From Octopus sinensis (lineage: Eukaryota): a stretch of DNA of 64,000 bases. The DNA lies in assembly GCF_006345805.1 (NCBI RefSeq), contig NC_043005.1, forward strand, positions 103,416,001 to 103,480,000. Reading direction: 5' to 3'. The notes under the pieces are model-generated. The model did no database searches. It was not told the DNA's origin and was given only the letters and a program-made list of their open reading frames with translations. A program made the translations under genes and the position numbers. Below, piece by piece: positions 1 through 13,145 of the stretch (the first letter of the stretch is position 1; each line of letters opens with the position of its first letter).

Positions 1-2059
1 TGCATAAAAATGCATTCGTATAGAAACCTATACACACATATGCATACAAATATAAATACACATACACGCACTCATCATGTACATATACATACTTCTATCT
101 ATTTGCGTGTTTCTGAATATGTGTGTACTCATTTTTACAGTCCACTAAAATATATACATAAAGGAGATTTGGTGTTAAAAGGTAAAAGAAGAAATATTAT
201 CGTTTGCTAACATTTTTGAGCGGTGATTGTTGTGCTTTTTTCAGGTTCCTGAAATATTCTACAACACAAACATAAAGAATGAAGCTAGAAACCCACAATG
301 GATAGGCATAATTTTTAATCTAAAGCAGGCTCTATTTTCTAACAAATGATACTTTGATAAGACATCAACATCAAACATTCTGCGAAATCATATCAATTTC
401 TCTTCTTTCTTCTCCCAAGACAAAGCAGAAAACCAAAAATCCTAAGGATAAAAAGAATTTAATATGTTGGCAAAGAAAAGTGTCTGTTTCATGATGAAGC
501 GTACATGTCACAAAGATAGAGAGCAGAAGCAAAGAAAAACAAAAGAATTTTTTCTCATTTCGCCAAAGCACATACTACCACTAAGACTCAAAGTAAAATA
601 AAACAACATTTTGTTATATTCCTTTCAGAATGATAAAATGAACGAATCCTTATCTGAGTCATGCGCAACTTTTGTCTTGCAATTTATATACGTCACGTGC
701 AATACTGTATTCGATTTTGACACTGGAAGCCATGTTTTTATGCAGGACTTTTTGGCGATTTATTACCGATATTTTCCGGTCGATTCTCAGTCGTTATTAA
801 ATATATAATCGAAGTAGGATATAAATCATACATCACCAAGCACAGTAGAAACAGCTTTATTGCTGCAGCAGCTGTTCTAATAGGCTTTTTCCACTCACTT
901 TTTCTGCTACAAACTGCGGCACATTAGATGTTCAACTAGAAACTGCGGAAGACCATACATTATTTCAGAACGCAGTACACATTAAGGTACAAACAGCGGT
1001 ATACTAAATATTATTACCAAAGAACGACATCACACATTTCACGGCAAACAGCTTCCCACCACACTGTCAATTAGCACACCACATATTCGGTTAGAACGTG
1101 TGAAACACCACACAATATGCGAGAGTGTGGTACCCATTGCGATAACATGAGGAACAGCAACAAATCATACAAACAACCGCAAAATGCGGTACACTTCTAG
1201 ATCAAGCAGAAACAGTGGAAGATAAAATATTTATGGGGAAATAACGGGATTCACACTTTGAAGCACACCGTGCATTACACTACAGATCTGGTAACAAATT
1301 ACAGTTAGCTACATACACCATTTTTGAACAATATAGATATTAAACCATGAAGATTATCGAATTCTTTATTTGAATATTGATAATCCTTGTCCTTTTTCTT
1401 TTCATTTTTAGATTGTTCTCACTTTTTAGCTCTCCAGTTTGTTAGTAGAGAAGATATAATGCTCTTCTCAATAGTATTAGCATGTATAGAGCTTACTTCG
1501 CATAACGCCATTCAATATAAACTACTTTTCTGTTATTCTCCATTAATACACTAGACTAAAACAGCTTTAACTCTCTTGTCGCACACATAGCATTGCTATA
1601 TGCTTAAGAAGATATATTCGTAATTATATGGTTTGGGGTTCAATACAATTACGCAGCACCTTAAACAATTGTTTTATTTACAATATTTTCAGGATGCTCA
1701 TAGTATTGTTAGAGAAATATTCAACGAAAAATCGAAGAAAGTTTGTCGGGAAGATCGTTCACGTTCGTTTATTCTTCGGTTTGTACATTTAATCTATCGT
1801 CCACTTCAATGCATCTATCAGGTTCTTCGGTGCTTTTAGTTGTGTCCAGTATCTGTTACGAATTTATGCCAGGTTTGCATTTTGAAGCGAACAAACTTAC
1901 TTTAAATCATATATCGAAGTTACTGGAAAGATTAGAGGGCGCTGCATGTCTCAGAAACTTAAAGCAATTGTTTGCAGGGAAAAAGACCAAACTGCATATT
2001 AAACAAAGTCAAAATAGAAGCAATTAAGAAACTAACTTTGTAAAAATACCCAAGAACAT

Positions 2060-2190
2060 CTGCTGCTGCTGCTGCTGTTGCTACTGCTGCTGCTGTTGCT
2101 ACTGCTGCTGCTGTTGCTACTGCTGCTGCTGTTGCTACTGCTGCTGCTGTTGCTACTGCTGCTGCTGTTGCTACTGCTGCTGCTGCTGCT
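2060..2190. repeat. (CTG)n-derived minisatellite, 18-bp unit CTGCTGCTGCTGTTGCTA
   Basis: About 6 near-perfect 18-bp units flanked by pure (CTG)n. Confidence 0.9.
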
Positions 2191-3682
2191 GGGGAACCTA
2201 ATAGTAAAGTGGGCGTTTTAATTGATTAAAATTGCATTTTCATTGATGAGAACAGTCCTTCTGTAAATTAATTAATTTGATAGCATTTTGATAAATGAAG
2301 GTAACGTTTCACTTTGTCAGAAAATCTTACAGATATTGTCGTCTTCGATTGCTATTAATGTAGAAAATTGGTCCATAACATTTTAACTACATAACAACAT
2401 GCAAATATCAATATATTTCATTGACTGTCACATACGTCGCGCGATTCTTCAGCATGTGGAGAGCTTGAAGAATTAAATAATTATATTATAATATTTATAC
2501 GGAATTGAATTTCCTCTGGAAAATATAGCAACTGATAATTGTGATAGAGGAAATTCCTAATTCGATGGAACGGGAGTGCTGTAGGTGTGCTATGATAGTG
2601 ACATACCAGTAAGTTGAGTTTGATGGCTAGTATGGTGTCATTAAGTGTGGCAAATGATTGCATTGCTGTTGTGGTCTGTGTGAAACGATAAGTAGTGATG
2701 TACCGAGATGGTTGGGTAAATAAGTGTTTCTATGAAGAGAAAATAGAAGTAAAATAAGAAGACCAAGAGATGAGCACTCAATTGAATGGATTCGAATAAA
2801 TATCGGTATTGTGGCATTGAAAGTGGTCAGACTTTAATTGATTAAGAGTATGGGTAAACATGATTAAGTCTTTGAATAAGTACATGAATAAATATAAATA
2901 TAAATGAATAATTTCTAAATAACAGTTGCAGTTGTAGGTTGTCCGGTTAATGGATTTATCCACTCGCTTGTTAGTAAATAAAGACAACTGCGTGGATATT
3001 GGTCTGCATTTGTATGTGTGGCGTCGGGTGGGTGATGGTGATGGCAGCAGTGGTGGTGCCGGCGGCGACATTGGTTATGGTGGTGATGGTAATGATGGTA
3101 GTGGTGTGTGTGTGTGTGTGAGTGCGTGTTATTGTTCTGATGAAAAAAGGTTGTCGGTTAATTGTCCTAGCGTAAGTGACTGGGGCATGTTTTAGAATGG
3201 CTGTAAATGTACTGAAACGCATTGGTCTCATGTATAAGATAAATGGACAAGCCACATGCATATAATCCTATTTACTTACCAACACACAAGAGCTTACTTG
3301 TTTGTATGCATGAGTTTCATATATACATGCATACATACACACATATTATTATTATTATGGCTGCTCACTCGTTATCGAGTATGGCCATTGCACGAAGCTT
3401 AACTGTTACTGGTGCTGTAATCGAATGTGACTTTTTAGCCCAGCTAAAGATCTACAATGTCTTGTACAGAATTGGCAACTAAAACATTTACCGGTAATAG
3501 CCGGCTGTAGTTGTAACTGGGCTTCATGTACCTTTGCATGTCGTTTAAGTCCTCCTGCTGAATTACACTCTCGGCATGAGTTTCATATATACATGCATAC
3601 ATTCACACATATCAATGTATTCGTGTATCTCACGGCGTGTGTGGGATGCTTTAAACCTTTATACACACACGCACACACATAG

Positions 3683-3900
3683 ATTGTTTTCTACTCTAGG
3701 CACAAGGCCTGAAAATTTTGGTGTGCGGGGAGGCAGTCGATTACATCGACTTCAATACGCAACTGTTACTTAATTTATCGACCCCTAAAAAATGAAAGGC
3801 AAAGTCGACCTCGGCAGAATTTGAACTCAGAACGTAGCGGCATGCCTAATACTGCTAAGCATTTCGCCCGGCGTGCTAACGATTCTGCCAGCTCGCCGCC
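3683..3900 (-). mobile_element. tRNA-derived SINE, family A (MetaSINE-like central core), alternative 3' tail
   Basis: Minus strand starts GGCGGCGAGCTGGCAGAATCGTTAGCACGCCGGGCG, has B-box-like GAGTTCAAATTC and core GTCGACTTTGCCTTTCAT..GGGGTCGATAAATTAAGTA shared with other copies in the window. Confidence 0.85.
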
Positions 3901-4029
3901 TTTACACACATATAGATTGATATATATGTGTGTGTGTGTGTGTGTATTCGTGTGTGTGTGAGTGTGTGTGAGTGTGTGTGTGTGTCAGAGTGTGTGTGTG
4001 TGTGTGAATACTTACATGCATACATGCAC

Positions 4030-4428
4030 GTACTCTTTTATGCGCTTTAGTCATTTGAGTGCGGCCATGCTGGAACACCGCCTCTATTCGAAGAAATCGA
4101 CTCCACGACTTAACTTTTGTAAGCCTAGTACTTTTTCCATTGGTTTATTTTGCCGAACCGCTAAGTTTCAGGAACATAAACACACCAACTTCGGTTTTCA
4201 AGTGATGGTGGATGGGGACAATCACAGACAAAGACGCAAAAACACACAAATATATATATATATACATATATACACGACGGGCTTCTTTCAGTTTCCGTCT
4301 ACCAAATCCTCTCACACAGCTTTGGTCGACTCGAAGCTATAGTAGGAAACATTTGCCCAAGTTGTCACGCAGTGGGACTGAACACGGAACCATGTGGCTG
4401 GGAAGCACGCTTCTTACCACACAGCCAC
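4030..4428 (-). mobile_element. tRNA-derived SINE, family B (CORE-like, internal microsatellite)
   Basis: Head TGGCTGTGTGGTAAGAAGC..GTTCAGTCCCACTGCGTG..TTGGGCAAATG; homologous to 35286-35662 and 41771-42067. Confidence 0.85.
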
Positions 4429-4599
4429 AAATATTTACACACACCAACAGGCATACGTAGACAAGCCTGTATGTATGAATATCTAGACACATACACTCCC
4501 GCTTGCCAGCGTATATATCAAGACATTCACACATATATTTACGTGTGCATATTAATCTTTGTGTGTGTCCTTGTGTATGTGTAAGTTTTTGTATATACG

Positions 4600-4991
4600 A
4601 ATTTCAAATTTTGGCTCTGGGCCAACAATTTTAGGAGAGGGGTAATTCGATTGCATCGACTCCGGTGTTCAATTGCTACTAACATTATCGAACCCAAAAG
4701 GATGAGGCAAAGTCGACCTCAGCGGAATTTGAACTCAGAACGTAAAGACAGACGAAATACCTATTTCTTTACTACTCACAAGAGGCTAAACACAGAGAGG
4801 ACAAACAAGGACAGGCAAAGGGATTAAGTCGATTACATCAACCCCAGTGCGTAACTGGTACTTAACTTATCGACCCCGAGAGGATGAAAGGCAAAGCCGA
4901 CCTCGGCGGAATTTGAACTCAGAACGTAGCGGCAGCCGAAATACCGCTAAGCATTTCGTCCGGCGTGCTAACGATTCTGCCAGCTCGCTGC
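4600..4991 (-). mobile_element. Family A SINE, head-to-tail dimer
   Basis: Two core copies joined at AAAGAAATAGGTATTTCGTC (minus strand, about 4760). Confidence 0.85.
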
Positions 4992-5312
4992 TTTTGTTTC
5001 TCTATCTATTCATGTGTGTATGAAAGCGCGCAACTACACACATTCCTATACATTTATAACTATAAATGCAGCTAAACATACATGAACACATATATATGGC
5101 CTTGTGGCTAAGAATTTCGCTTAACCACTTGGTTTCGGGTTCGTACTCATTGCGCGTTATATTGGCAAATACATCTTTTTTACTACAGTGCGGTCTGCTC
5201 TGACTAATACGTTGTCAGCAGAATTTTATAGTCGCAAACAATTCATAGGCTTGTCGCACACGCGCGCGCGCGTGTATGTCTGTGTGTGTGTGTGATATTT
5301 ATGTACGTTTTG

Positions 5313-5741
5313 GGGATCTATTTGGTTTGAACGGCAGTTTTTAACATCATTTCTAGGTAACTAAAAAATTTTAAACTTCGTATACTGGTAGAATGTTTAT
5401 AAAACATCCTTTTCTCTTGGCTTTATTGAGAAAATTCTATAGTTTGTAAGATATTTGTTGTTGTTTTTTTCTTCAATTTCTGAAATTTCAAACAATCAAT
5501 GACGTCTATTGAGTTAAAAAGCATTATGTGTCGTATGAATATGTCCCTCGTTTAAGAAATAGATTGGGTTTATTTACATTTGTGAAGAAAAAAATATACC
5601 CTTCCCCCCACCCCTAACCTTAACTAACCCTAACCCTAAAACAGATAGAAATGCAATAGATCGATACTAGGGTCATAATTATGGGTGAAAATTTCATATG
5701 ACACCGCTAGAAAAAACTGCCGTTCAAACCGAAAAGATCCC
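5313..5741. mobile_element. MITE with about 30-bp TIRs and internal CCCTAA-like repeats
   Basis: GGGATCTATTTGGTTTGAACGGCAGTTTTT at left, AAAAAACTGCCGTTCAAACCGAAAAGATCCC at right; near-duplicated flanks (c/g)GTTTTG. Confidence 0.85.
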
Positions 5742-6325
5742 GGTTTTGTTTTCACACAACACGGCTAGTTGAAACAAACTAGTTGTTACATTATGTATTG
5801 CGTCAATGTGTCATATTAGCCAATCAGTAAAACGGATCAATAAAATAAACTATTCTGATCACTACAATTTGCTGAAAACTTGGCTTTCCTTGCTATCCAC
5901 GTAACAGGTGGATATTTTAACCTGAATTATCAATCTAATGTTCTTTCATCCTAGCATTCAATTCAGGCAATAACTCACCGATTGCCTCGTTATGTTACCT
6001 GTTCAGAGGCTTTCTATGTCCAGGGTTATGAAGACTTGTATATTCGCCATTCCAATGCATCGCCAAAAGCATCACTCATCCCCTGCTCACTACATTGCAT
6101 CATGAGAGTGACCACAAATTAGCGGTCGACATCACAACGGATATCATTTAATGTGGCTTTCATATTTCTCCATGTTTTTCTATTCCAAATATTGTGGAAA
6201 TTACTATGTTTAGGAATGTCTTGTACAACCTGGGCTTGTACGGGACACAACTTCCATAATGAGTTATCAGCTTTGAAGGTAACATATACTTTCTTCCTCT
6301 ATACTAAAAAGAGTTATATACCACA

Positions 6326-6720
6326 CTAGCAGTATCGCCCGGCGTTGCTCGGGTTTGTAAGGGAATTAACTATATAAGCATTTTTAGAGATATAAAGTAT
6401 GACAGCCATCTCAATATGGCTAACCACAAAGGGGGGGGTGTTACTGTAGCTTTTTACGTTCTGAGACTTAATAATAAATTTTTAGAGAGTTACTTCCCTT
6501 ATATATGCCAAAAATGCATTAAAAATGGGACAAAATGATGGTAATTTTTTTTTAAATCGTAGACTCATCTTAGATGCGCGTTAATACCCAGAAGGGCTCG
6601 ATAGGAATCACGACTATAAGATACCCGGTTTTGGTTAAACTGCACCGCAAAATGTGGGAGTAGTTAGGAATCTAAATCGTAGAAGACAGACAGCACACAA
6701 CCTCACTTTTATATATAAAG
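6326..6720 (-). mobile_element. Non-autonomous Helitron-like element
   Basis: Minus-strand 3' end CCCGAGCAACGCCGGG hairpin followed by CGATACTGCTAG|T; 5' end CTTTATATATATAAAAG; homolog at 41059-41384. Confidence 0.75.
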
Positions 6721-6905
6721 CCATCTGCGAGGAATGCCTCAATGTTCTTCTTGGAGAGTAAAAAGAAACAAACTCGCAAGCCTGACACTTTTCAGTTAGA
6801 TTCCCGTTTTCGTCACATGACGATTCCATGCATCCGCCCTCAGCAAGGAATGAATATTGTCAAGATTGCTATATTTGAAAAGGAAGTTGTAAATAACGGG
6901 GACCT

Positions 6906-7297
6906 GGTGGAAGCACTCCGTCGGTTACGACGATGAGGGTTCCGGTTGACCCCAACCAACGGAACAGCCTGCTCGTGAAATTAACGTGTAAGTGGCTGAG
7001 CACTCCACAGACACGTGCACCCTTAAAGTAGTTCTCGGGGATATTCAGCGTGACACAGAGAGTGACAAGGCCGGCCCCTTGAAATACGGGTACAACAGAA
7101 ACAGGAAGTAAGAGTGAGTGAGAGAAAGTTGTGGTGAAAGAGTACAGCAGGGATCACCACCATCCCCTGCTGGAGCCTCGTGGAGCTTTTAGGTGTTTTC
7201 GCTCAATAAACACTCACAACGCCCGGTCTGGGAATCGAAACCCTGATCCTATGACTGCGAGTCCGCTGCCCTAACCATTGGGCCATTGCGCCTCCAC
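6906..7297 (-). mobile_element. tRNA-derived SINE, family C, full length with TSD
   Basis: Head GTGGAGGCGCAATGGCCCAATGGTTAGGGCAGCGG..GGTTTCGATTCCC; 11-bp TSD AACGGGGACCT at 6895-6905 and 7298-7308; near-identical copy at 31450-31843. Confidence 0.9.
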
Positions 7298-7812
7298 AAC
7301 GGGGACCTAACATGCATTTGAAACATATTCTTTGAGAAAGAACGAGTGTACCTGTGAATGTTATAGATGTCGTTGTTGTTTTTCCGTCAACTGTCCTCTC
7401 TCTAATGTTAATTTATTTGCTGAAATATTTCTGGGGTTTTTTCTGTTTAAATTTTCTACAATTACATGAGCCCTATTTTCAATATCATGTCGGCTTTGGT
7501 TTTTTACTGCTTAGCAGATGTTTTTTAATGATCATTAGTATTCTGTCAAATGGGGGAGTTTCCCGGGTAATACGACACAGTTATTGATTTCAAATTTTCA
7601 TGTAAAAAGAAATAAGGATTATTTGGGAAAGACGCCATTTATTATCACATTCTAGCGCGTTGTATACTTCCATGTAGTTCAATAAAACTCTCTGTAAAAA
7701 TAAAAGATAAATAAAAATTATTTCTTTCGCTTATATTTGAAATTATTTAGAATTATCAAGGTAAATTTAGTCAATAGCAACAACAACGATAATAATAATA
7801 ATAATAATAATA

Positions 7813-8369
7813 AATGCCCTGCTGCAGTACCAGGCAGTGGCTCTCATGGCTTCTGATCTTCACTGATTGGAAGTGCTATCATGTACATTGTTTTGTCTTG
7901 GTATAAAAGATGGGCTACAGCAAATATTCTGCTCAATACCACAGATTTGCTTGTCAGTTGTTTGACCTTAACCAGTTGAGCATGTCCCTTGGTGGCTGAC
8001 GATATGTGCATCTCTGATCACGAGCAGAAGTAGTGGGGGAGCATCATAGCCATGTGTTGAGAGGGATTCTTTGGGGTTTGAATAATTCACCTCTGGAAAC
8101 ATGGGTGGTTCTTTCAACATCCTTAAACAACCCTTATTCAGGGACCTTTTGAGCGGGATGGGCTACTCAACCTGAAGAAAATTCTAACTGGGCTCCACCT
8201 GCAAGGCCATGTGCTGTTTATCTTGATATGAGATCACCATGTCGCGCACATATGGTTGTGATTCATGTGCCTGGTGTACCCTTATCAGACGGGTAGTCAT
8301 GATGGGTATATTGGGCTTCGTATATTTTACCCCAGTGTCACTTTGATGGCATGCACTGCTCTCTCACTC

Positions 8370-8370
<1 letters not shown>
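7813..8370 (+). mobile_element. (AAT)n-embedded retroposon, longest copy of a family with three copies here
   Basis: Flanked on both sides by (AAT)n; its 3' part recurs at 47120-47405 (+) and 49471-49603 (-). Confidence 0.75.
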
Positions 8371-8444
<74 letters not shown>

Positions 8445-8640
8445 CTTTCCTTCTTAATTAGAATTGATCGGAGAGAAACCAAAATATTTGAAACTTTCAC
8501 TGGGTATTATATAGCAACAAATGATAACGTGGAGTTAAAAAACACCCTTTTTGTGAAAACGGGTAAAAATGGTATTAATATTAAATGTACATATACAGGA
8601 GCGTACCCACAGATATATATATGCACAAGCACGTGTATAA

Positions 8641-8677
<37 letters not shown>

Positions 8678-9243
8678 CATGTTTGGTAGTACACAGAATA
8701 GTATATTGTTAATGATACTAAATTTAGTCAGAAGAAATAAAGAAATTGCTCCTCAGTTTTGATATAAAAAGTAAAGAAAGTTTTCAGGTTTTCTATGGAA
8801 TGAAATGAAATAACGTGAAATATTTGCGTTATTGCATTTAAGAATTTTCGGTCAAGCGAATGAGAATAGTTTGCTTGTACTGAAGGAGGAAATTCGATTT
8901 CTTTTATGTATCAGAAAAGTAGGCTTGTATGACGGTTGTGAGTGTGGGGTGTAAACTGAATAGCGAGAAACAATTACGTGATGTTCTAGGGCGAACAATG
9001 CTAACGGTGTCGAGGGACGTGCTGATCTTGTTTTCAGTATACTGCGTTCTCTCACATGTCCATGAGAAGGAGATCATGTAATCAGAGATGACTGGCGCCA
9101 CTGGTAAGTTAATCTGGTCAAATGAACAAATACATACAGGCATATTCATATATAGTTAAACAGAGAGCGAGAGAGAGAGATACAAATACACACACATATA
9201 TATGTATGTATCTACCAATCTCTTACTCTCTATCCACATACAT

Positions 9244-9309
<66 letters not shown>

Positions 9310-9799
9310 GTGTGTGTGTGTGTGTGTGTGTTTGTATATATGTGCCTATATATATATACGTACATACACACACAACACACACATATTCATACACATACAA
9401 ATTCACATCAGAAAAACTTCTTAATCTTTTTCTAAAGTTTTAAAACGAATGCAAATTACAATTACTCTTATTTGAATATGTCTGAATCACTTGGTTACTC
9501 GAGATGAAGTGGGAGAATTGTGGTGCTGACAACGTATATTGAGTAGAAACAGATACTCATGAACGCCCTCCTATGTCCGCACAATGAGACTCTAGTTTTT
9601 CTTAGTAGCGTGTCATATCTGGAGTGTTATTGATTCTTGAGATTATCTCCCTTTCTCATAGGGATCTATTCTTATTTGGTGTTTGGTAATCGGGACATTA
9701 CCTCTAGGAGCAGGGATCAAATTAAATAATCATAAATGTGGGGGGAGGGGTGCTTGCAGGAATTATTCGATTATCCACTGCGCATACATATGCATAAAT

Positions 9800-10085
9800 A
9801 GAAGCCACCAGGGCCAGCTTGAAGAACTACTATAGAAACCATATTGCATCATTTTCCAACAGTTGCAAGAGACAACGCACGTCACACTCAGACCTTATAT
9901 GGGAGCTGAAAAAGAAATAAATAAATAGCAACATTGCCTGGTGGTTTTACGGAGTACGAAACCGTATCATGCACATTCTAAAGTATGTAACCTCTGCCTG
10001 GATGTGAATCCCGAGGTAATATTATGTAAGGATAAAATAATTAACAAATACTCCGAGGCTATCCTCAAGTGCAATCATATACTGA
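9800..10085 (+). pseudogene. Penelope-like element GIY-YIG endonuclease C-terminal remnant
   Basis: Frameshifted peptides LKNYYRNHIASFS, IWELK, KPYHAHSKVCNLCL and INKYSEAILKCNH match the PLE pattern FKxRYxNHxxSF..IWxLK..PY..CNLCLxEK..LNKRSE..KCRH. Confidence 0.7.
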
Positions 10086-11075
10086 AGAGTTCATTTCCAG
10101 AATTTAGAAAACATGCATCTAATGTTCAAAGTAATATTGATATTTTATTGTCTCAGAAATGTACTTTAGAATGAGTTGACGACTTTTAGTAACATGTCAG
10201 TACTGTTGTTTACAAGTAATGTAATGATTTTAATAATTTGGAAGTCCCGATTATATTCCTGTAATGATTATAATAATGTGAACGTGCCAATAATAATCAA
10301 ATGATGCTCATACATTTGTTGCTTGAAAGTGTGTTTAAATATTCTCGTACAATTACTGTACGTTTAAAGAAATACACATTGGCAAGCAACAAACATTTAG
10401 TAAAGTATAAGGAATGTAGGGAAATAAAAAAAAATCATTGATTTAACGTAACGATAAAAAACGAGAAGTATTGCCAATAGTTTGCATGTATGTAAGTATA
10501 TGCGTGTATGTATATATGTGGGCTTTGCAGATGTGTATGTATGTAGGGTGTATGTAGAGTTGGAAAATAAAAGAAGTAAATATATAGAAAAGACAGTCTG
10601 TATATATATATATATATATATATACGTATAGATATATAAATCTGTATATATATGTATTTGCCCATAACAGGGTGTATATGTTGGTTTATACGTGTGTGAA
10701 TGAACATCAATATGTGTAAATGGGTAAAGGGGAATAAATTTCTTCATATAAGATAAGAATCTTATTGACTATCAAAAGGCTTTCTTCGGAACGAAAATAA
10801 ATGAAATTAAGTTTTCCAAGTGGACTAAGGGACATGCATACATCGTGATCGCAATGGGTCACGTGGTGGAGACAATAAAGATAAATGATGTTTATAGTCC
10901 ATGCCCTAGGACAAAATGAAATAAATAAAAAGAGACAGGCTTAGAATAAAATAAAAAGACAGGATATTAGTTTTGATGTATGTTTATACATTTATTTGAG
11001 GTTTTTCTTTTGCTTCCATTAAAGAATCTACTCTGTTTTAAAAGTTGTATTTCTGTTTTCACTGCCACTATATAT

Positions 11076-11124
<49 letters not shown>

Positions 11125-11132
11125 GATATATA

Positions 11133-11185
<53 letters not shown>

Positions 11186-11354
11186 AATTGAGATAGGGGT
11201 TGTAAATGCAACCCTCCATGGGATAACATATATCCAATATACTGCTAGTGAAGTACCCAACAAAGTTAATACATAAATGTTAAGGATTGCGATGCAATTA
11301 ATTCATTTACTGTATTATATGGGCAAAGGTAAAATGATTTACCACAAATTCATA

Positions 11355-11542
11355 ATACAAAATAAGAAAATGGAGAAATACATCTAAATTAAATATCAAT
11401 TACCAGATAATACACTGATTTGTTCTGCTTTTTTATGTTTAACCCCACAGTCTCTTATGTGGTGGTTTAATAAAGTATGTGATTGAGTATTATCTGGTAA
11501 TTGATATTTGATTTAGATGTGTTTCTCTATTTTCTTTATCTG

Positions 11543-11545
<3 letters not shown>
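11355..11545. repeat. Fold-back, arms of about 58 bp around a spacer of about 73 nt
   Basis: 11355-11413 is the reverse complement of 11487-11545 with few mismatches. Confidence 0.9.
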
Positions 11546-11593
<48 letters not shown>

Positions 11594-13057
11594 CAGGGTA
11601 CTCTTTTACCTCCTTTTACTCGAGCAAATCGACCCCAGGACTTATATATATATATTGCTATTTATTGGTATCCATAACTTGTGTTGACTTGAATCCATGA
11701 GCTACTCGGTAAAAAGAGGAAGTTGATTAAGCAAAGGCATATAAAAGAAATGAAATTGAACGTGATCAAGCACTGGTTTAAAGCAACGTACCTGATGAAG
11801 TGCCGACAAACAGCTGCTACTGGATCATGTTTATTTATGCGACTATTCATAAGGTAATTTATGTAAAATCAGCAACTTGAAGCGGTTGATACTGCACAGA
11901 AACAATTGTTGTAATTTGTAATTAAAGCCTGTTTATTCTATCTTCCTGTTGTATAAATTCACACACACACACACACGTACGCACACATACACAAACATAT
12001 ATATAAACATATATACATATATATCTGCGTGTGTATGTATATAAGTATATACATCTTGTATGTATGTACACACACACGCACGGACACATATATATACATA
12101 CACACTTACACACATATATATTCATGCATATATGTATACATTTGTGTGTGTGTGTGTGTGGTGAGGTGGGGTGTTACTGAATAGAACACATTTTTCATTT
12201 GGAATATTTTGATATAACACATAACCATTAATTGTAGACACAAAATAATATTTCATTTATTCTCCAATGTTGTATGTTATCAAATAAGAAGAAAAATGTT
12301 AGCTTGAGCCAATAAAACTTCTGAAACATTATTGATTTGTTGCTGTTGTTGTAAAGGTAATGTTGTTTCTGTTCTTATTCTTGTTCTTCCTGGTGGTGGC
12401 GGTTGTTTCGATGTTGATGGCCACGGCCATAGTAGTAATGGCGTCTGGGATAACAGTAGTCCTTTTGTAATACGATATTCGATATATTCATCGCCATCGG
12501 CGTCGTCGTCATCATCATCATCAGTATCATTATCATTTTAATTTTGCCATTCTATTCCTTGTTTGCGATATATGTCTGTTTCTTTTGTGCTTTTTCTATT
12601 AGTTTTTTTGTTTTTTGTTTCACCTTATTTATCTATACTTTGAAAGAAACGCGACTAAAGGCCTTCTAGTTTCTTCATATACTCAACCTCATAGATTTTT
12701 ATCCTTTCTCCTAGTGAACCCCTCCACCTTTATACAATTTCGTGAATCGTCGACACACTCCCTAACCAAGCTCAGGTGCCGAAATCTCCTCTTTATGTTC
12801 ATATAATATCGTCATTCAATTTGTGCTTTATTTCCATTTACGCATTTATATATTCCAAATCTTTTCCAATACATTTTATCGTATCGTTATCTTGCCTAAC
12901 ACCCTAATACCAATAAATTCACACGTGCGCGCACACACACGTACGTAGACATACAAGCATATATACATATATATATACATATATGTAAAAAAACACACAC
13001 ATATATATACATACACACAAATACATACATGTATCTATCTACCAATATATATATATA

Positions 13058-13098
<41 letters not shown>

Positions 13099-13145
13099 TG
13101 TGTGTATGTATATATGTTTATATACACACAACATATGTGTATATA

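Noticed and set aside
7225-7297. tRNA gene
   Set aside because: A/B boxes belong to a SINE head with tail and TSD; no supported full cloverleaf
11414-11486. Possible HHR in the loop of the 11.4-kb fold-back
   Set aside because: Only CTGAT remains; no GAAA or stem III can be assigned
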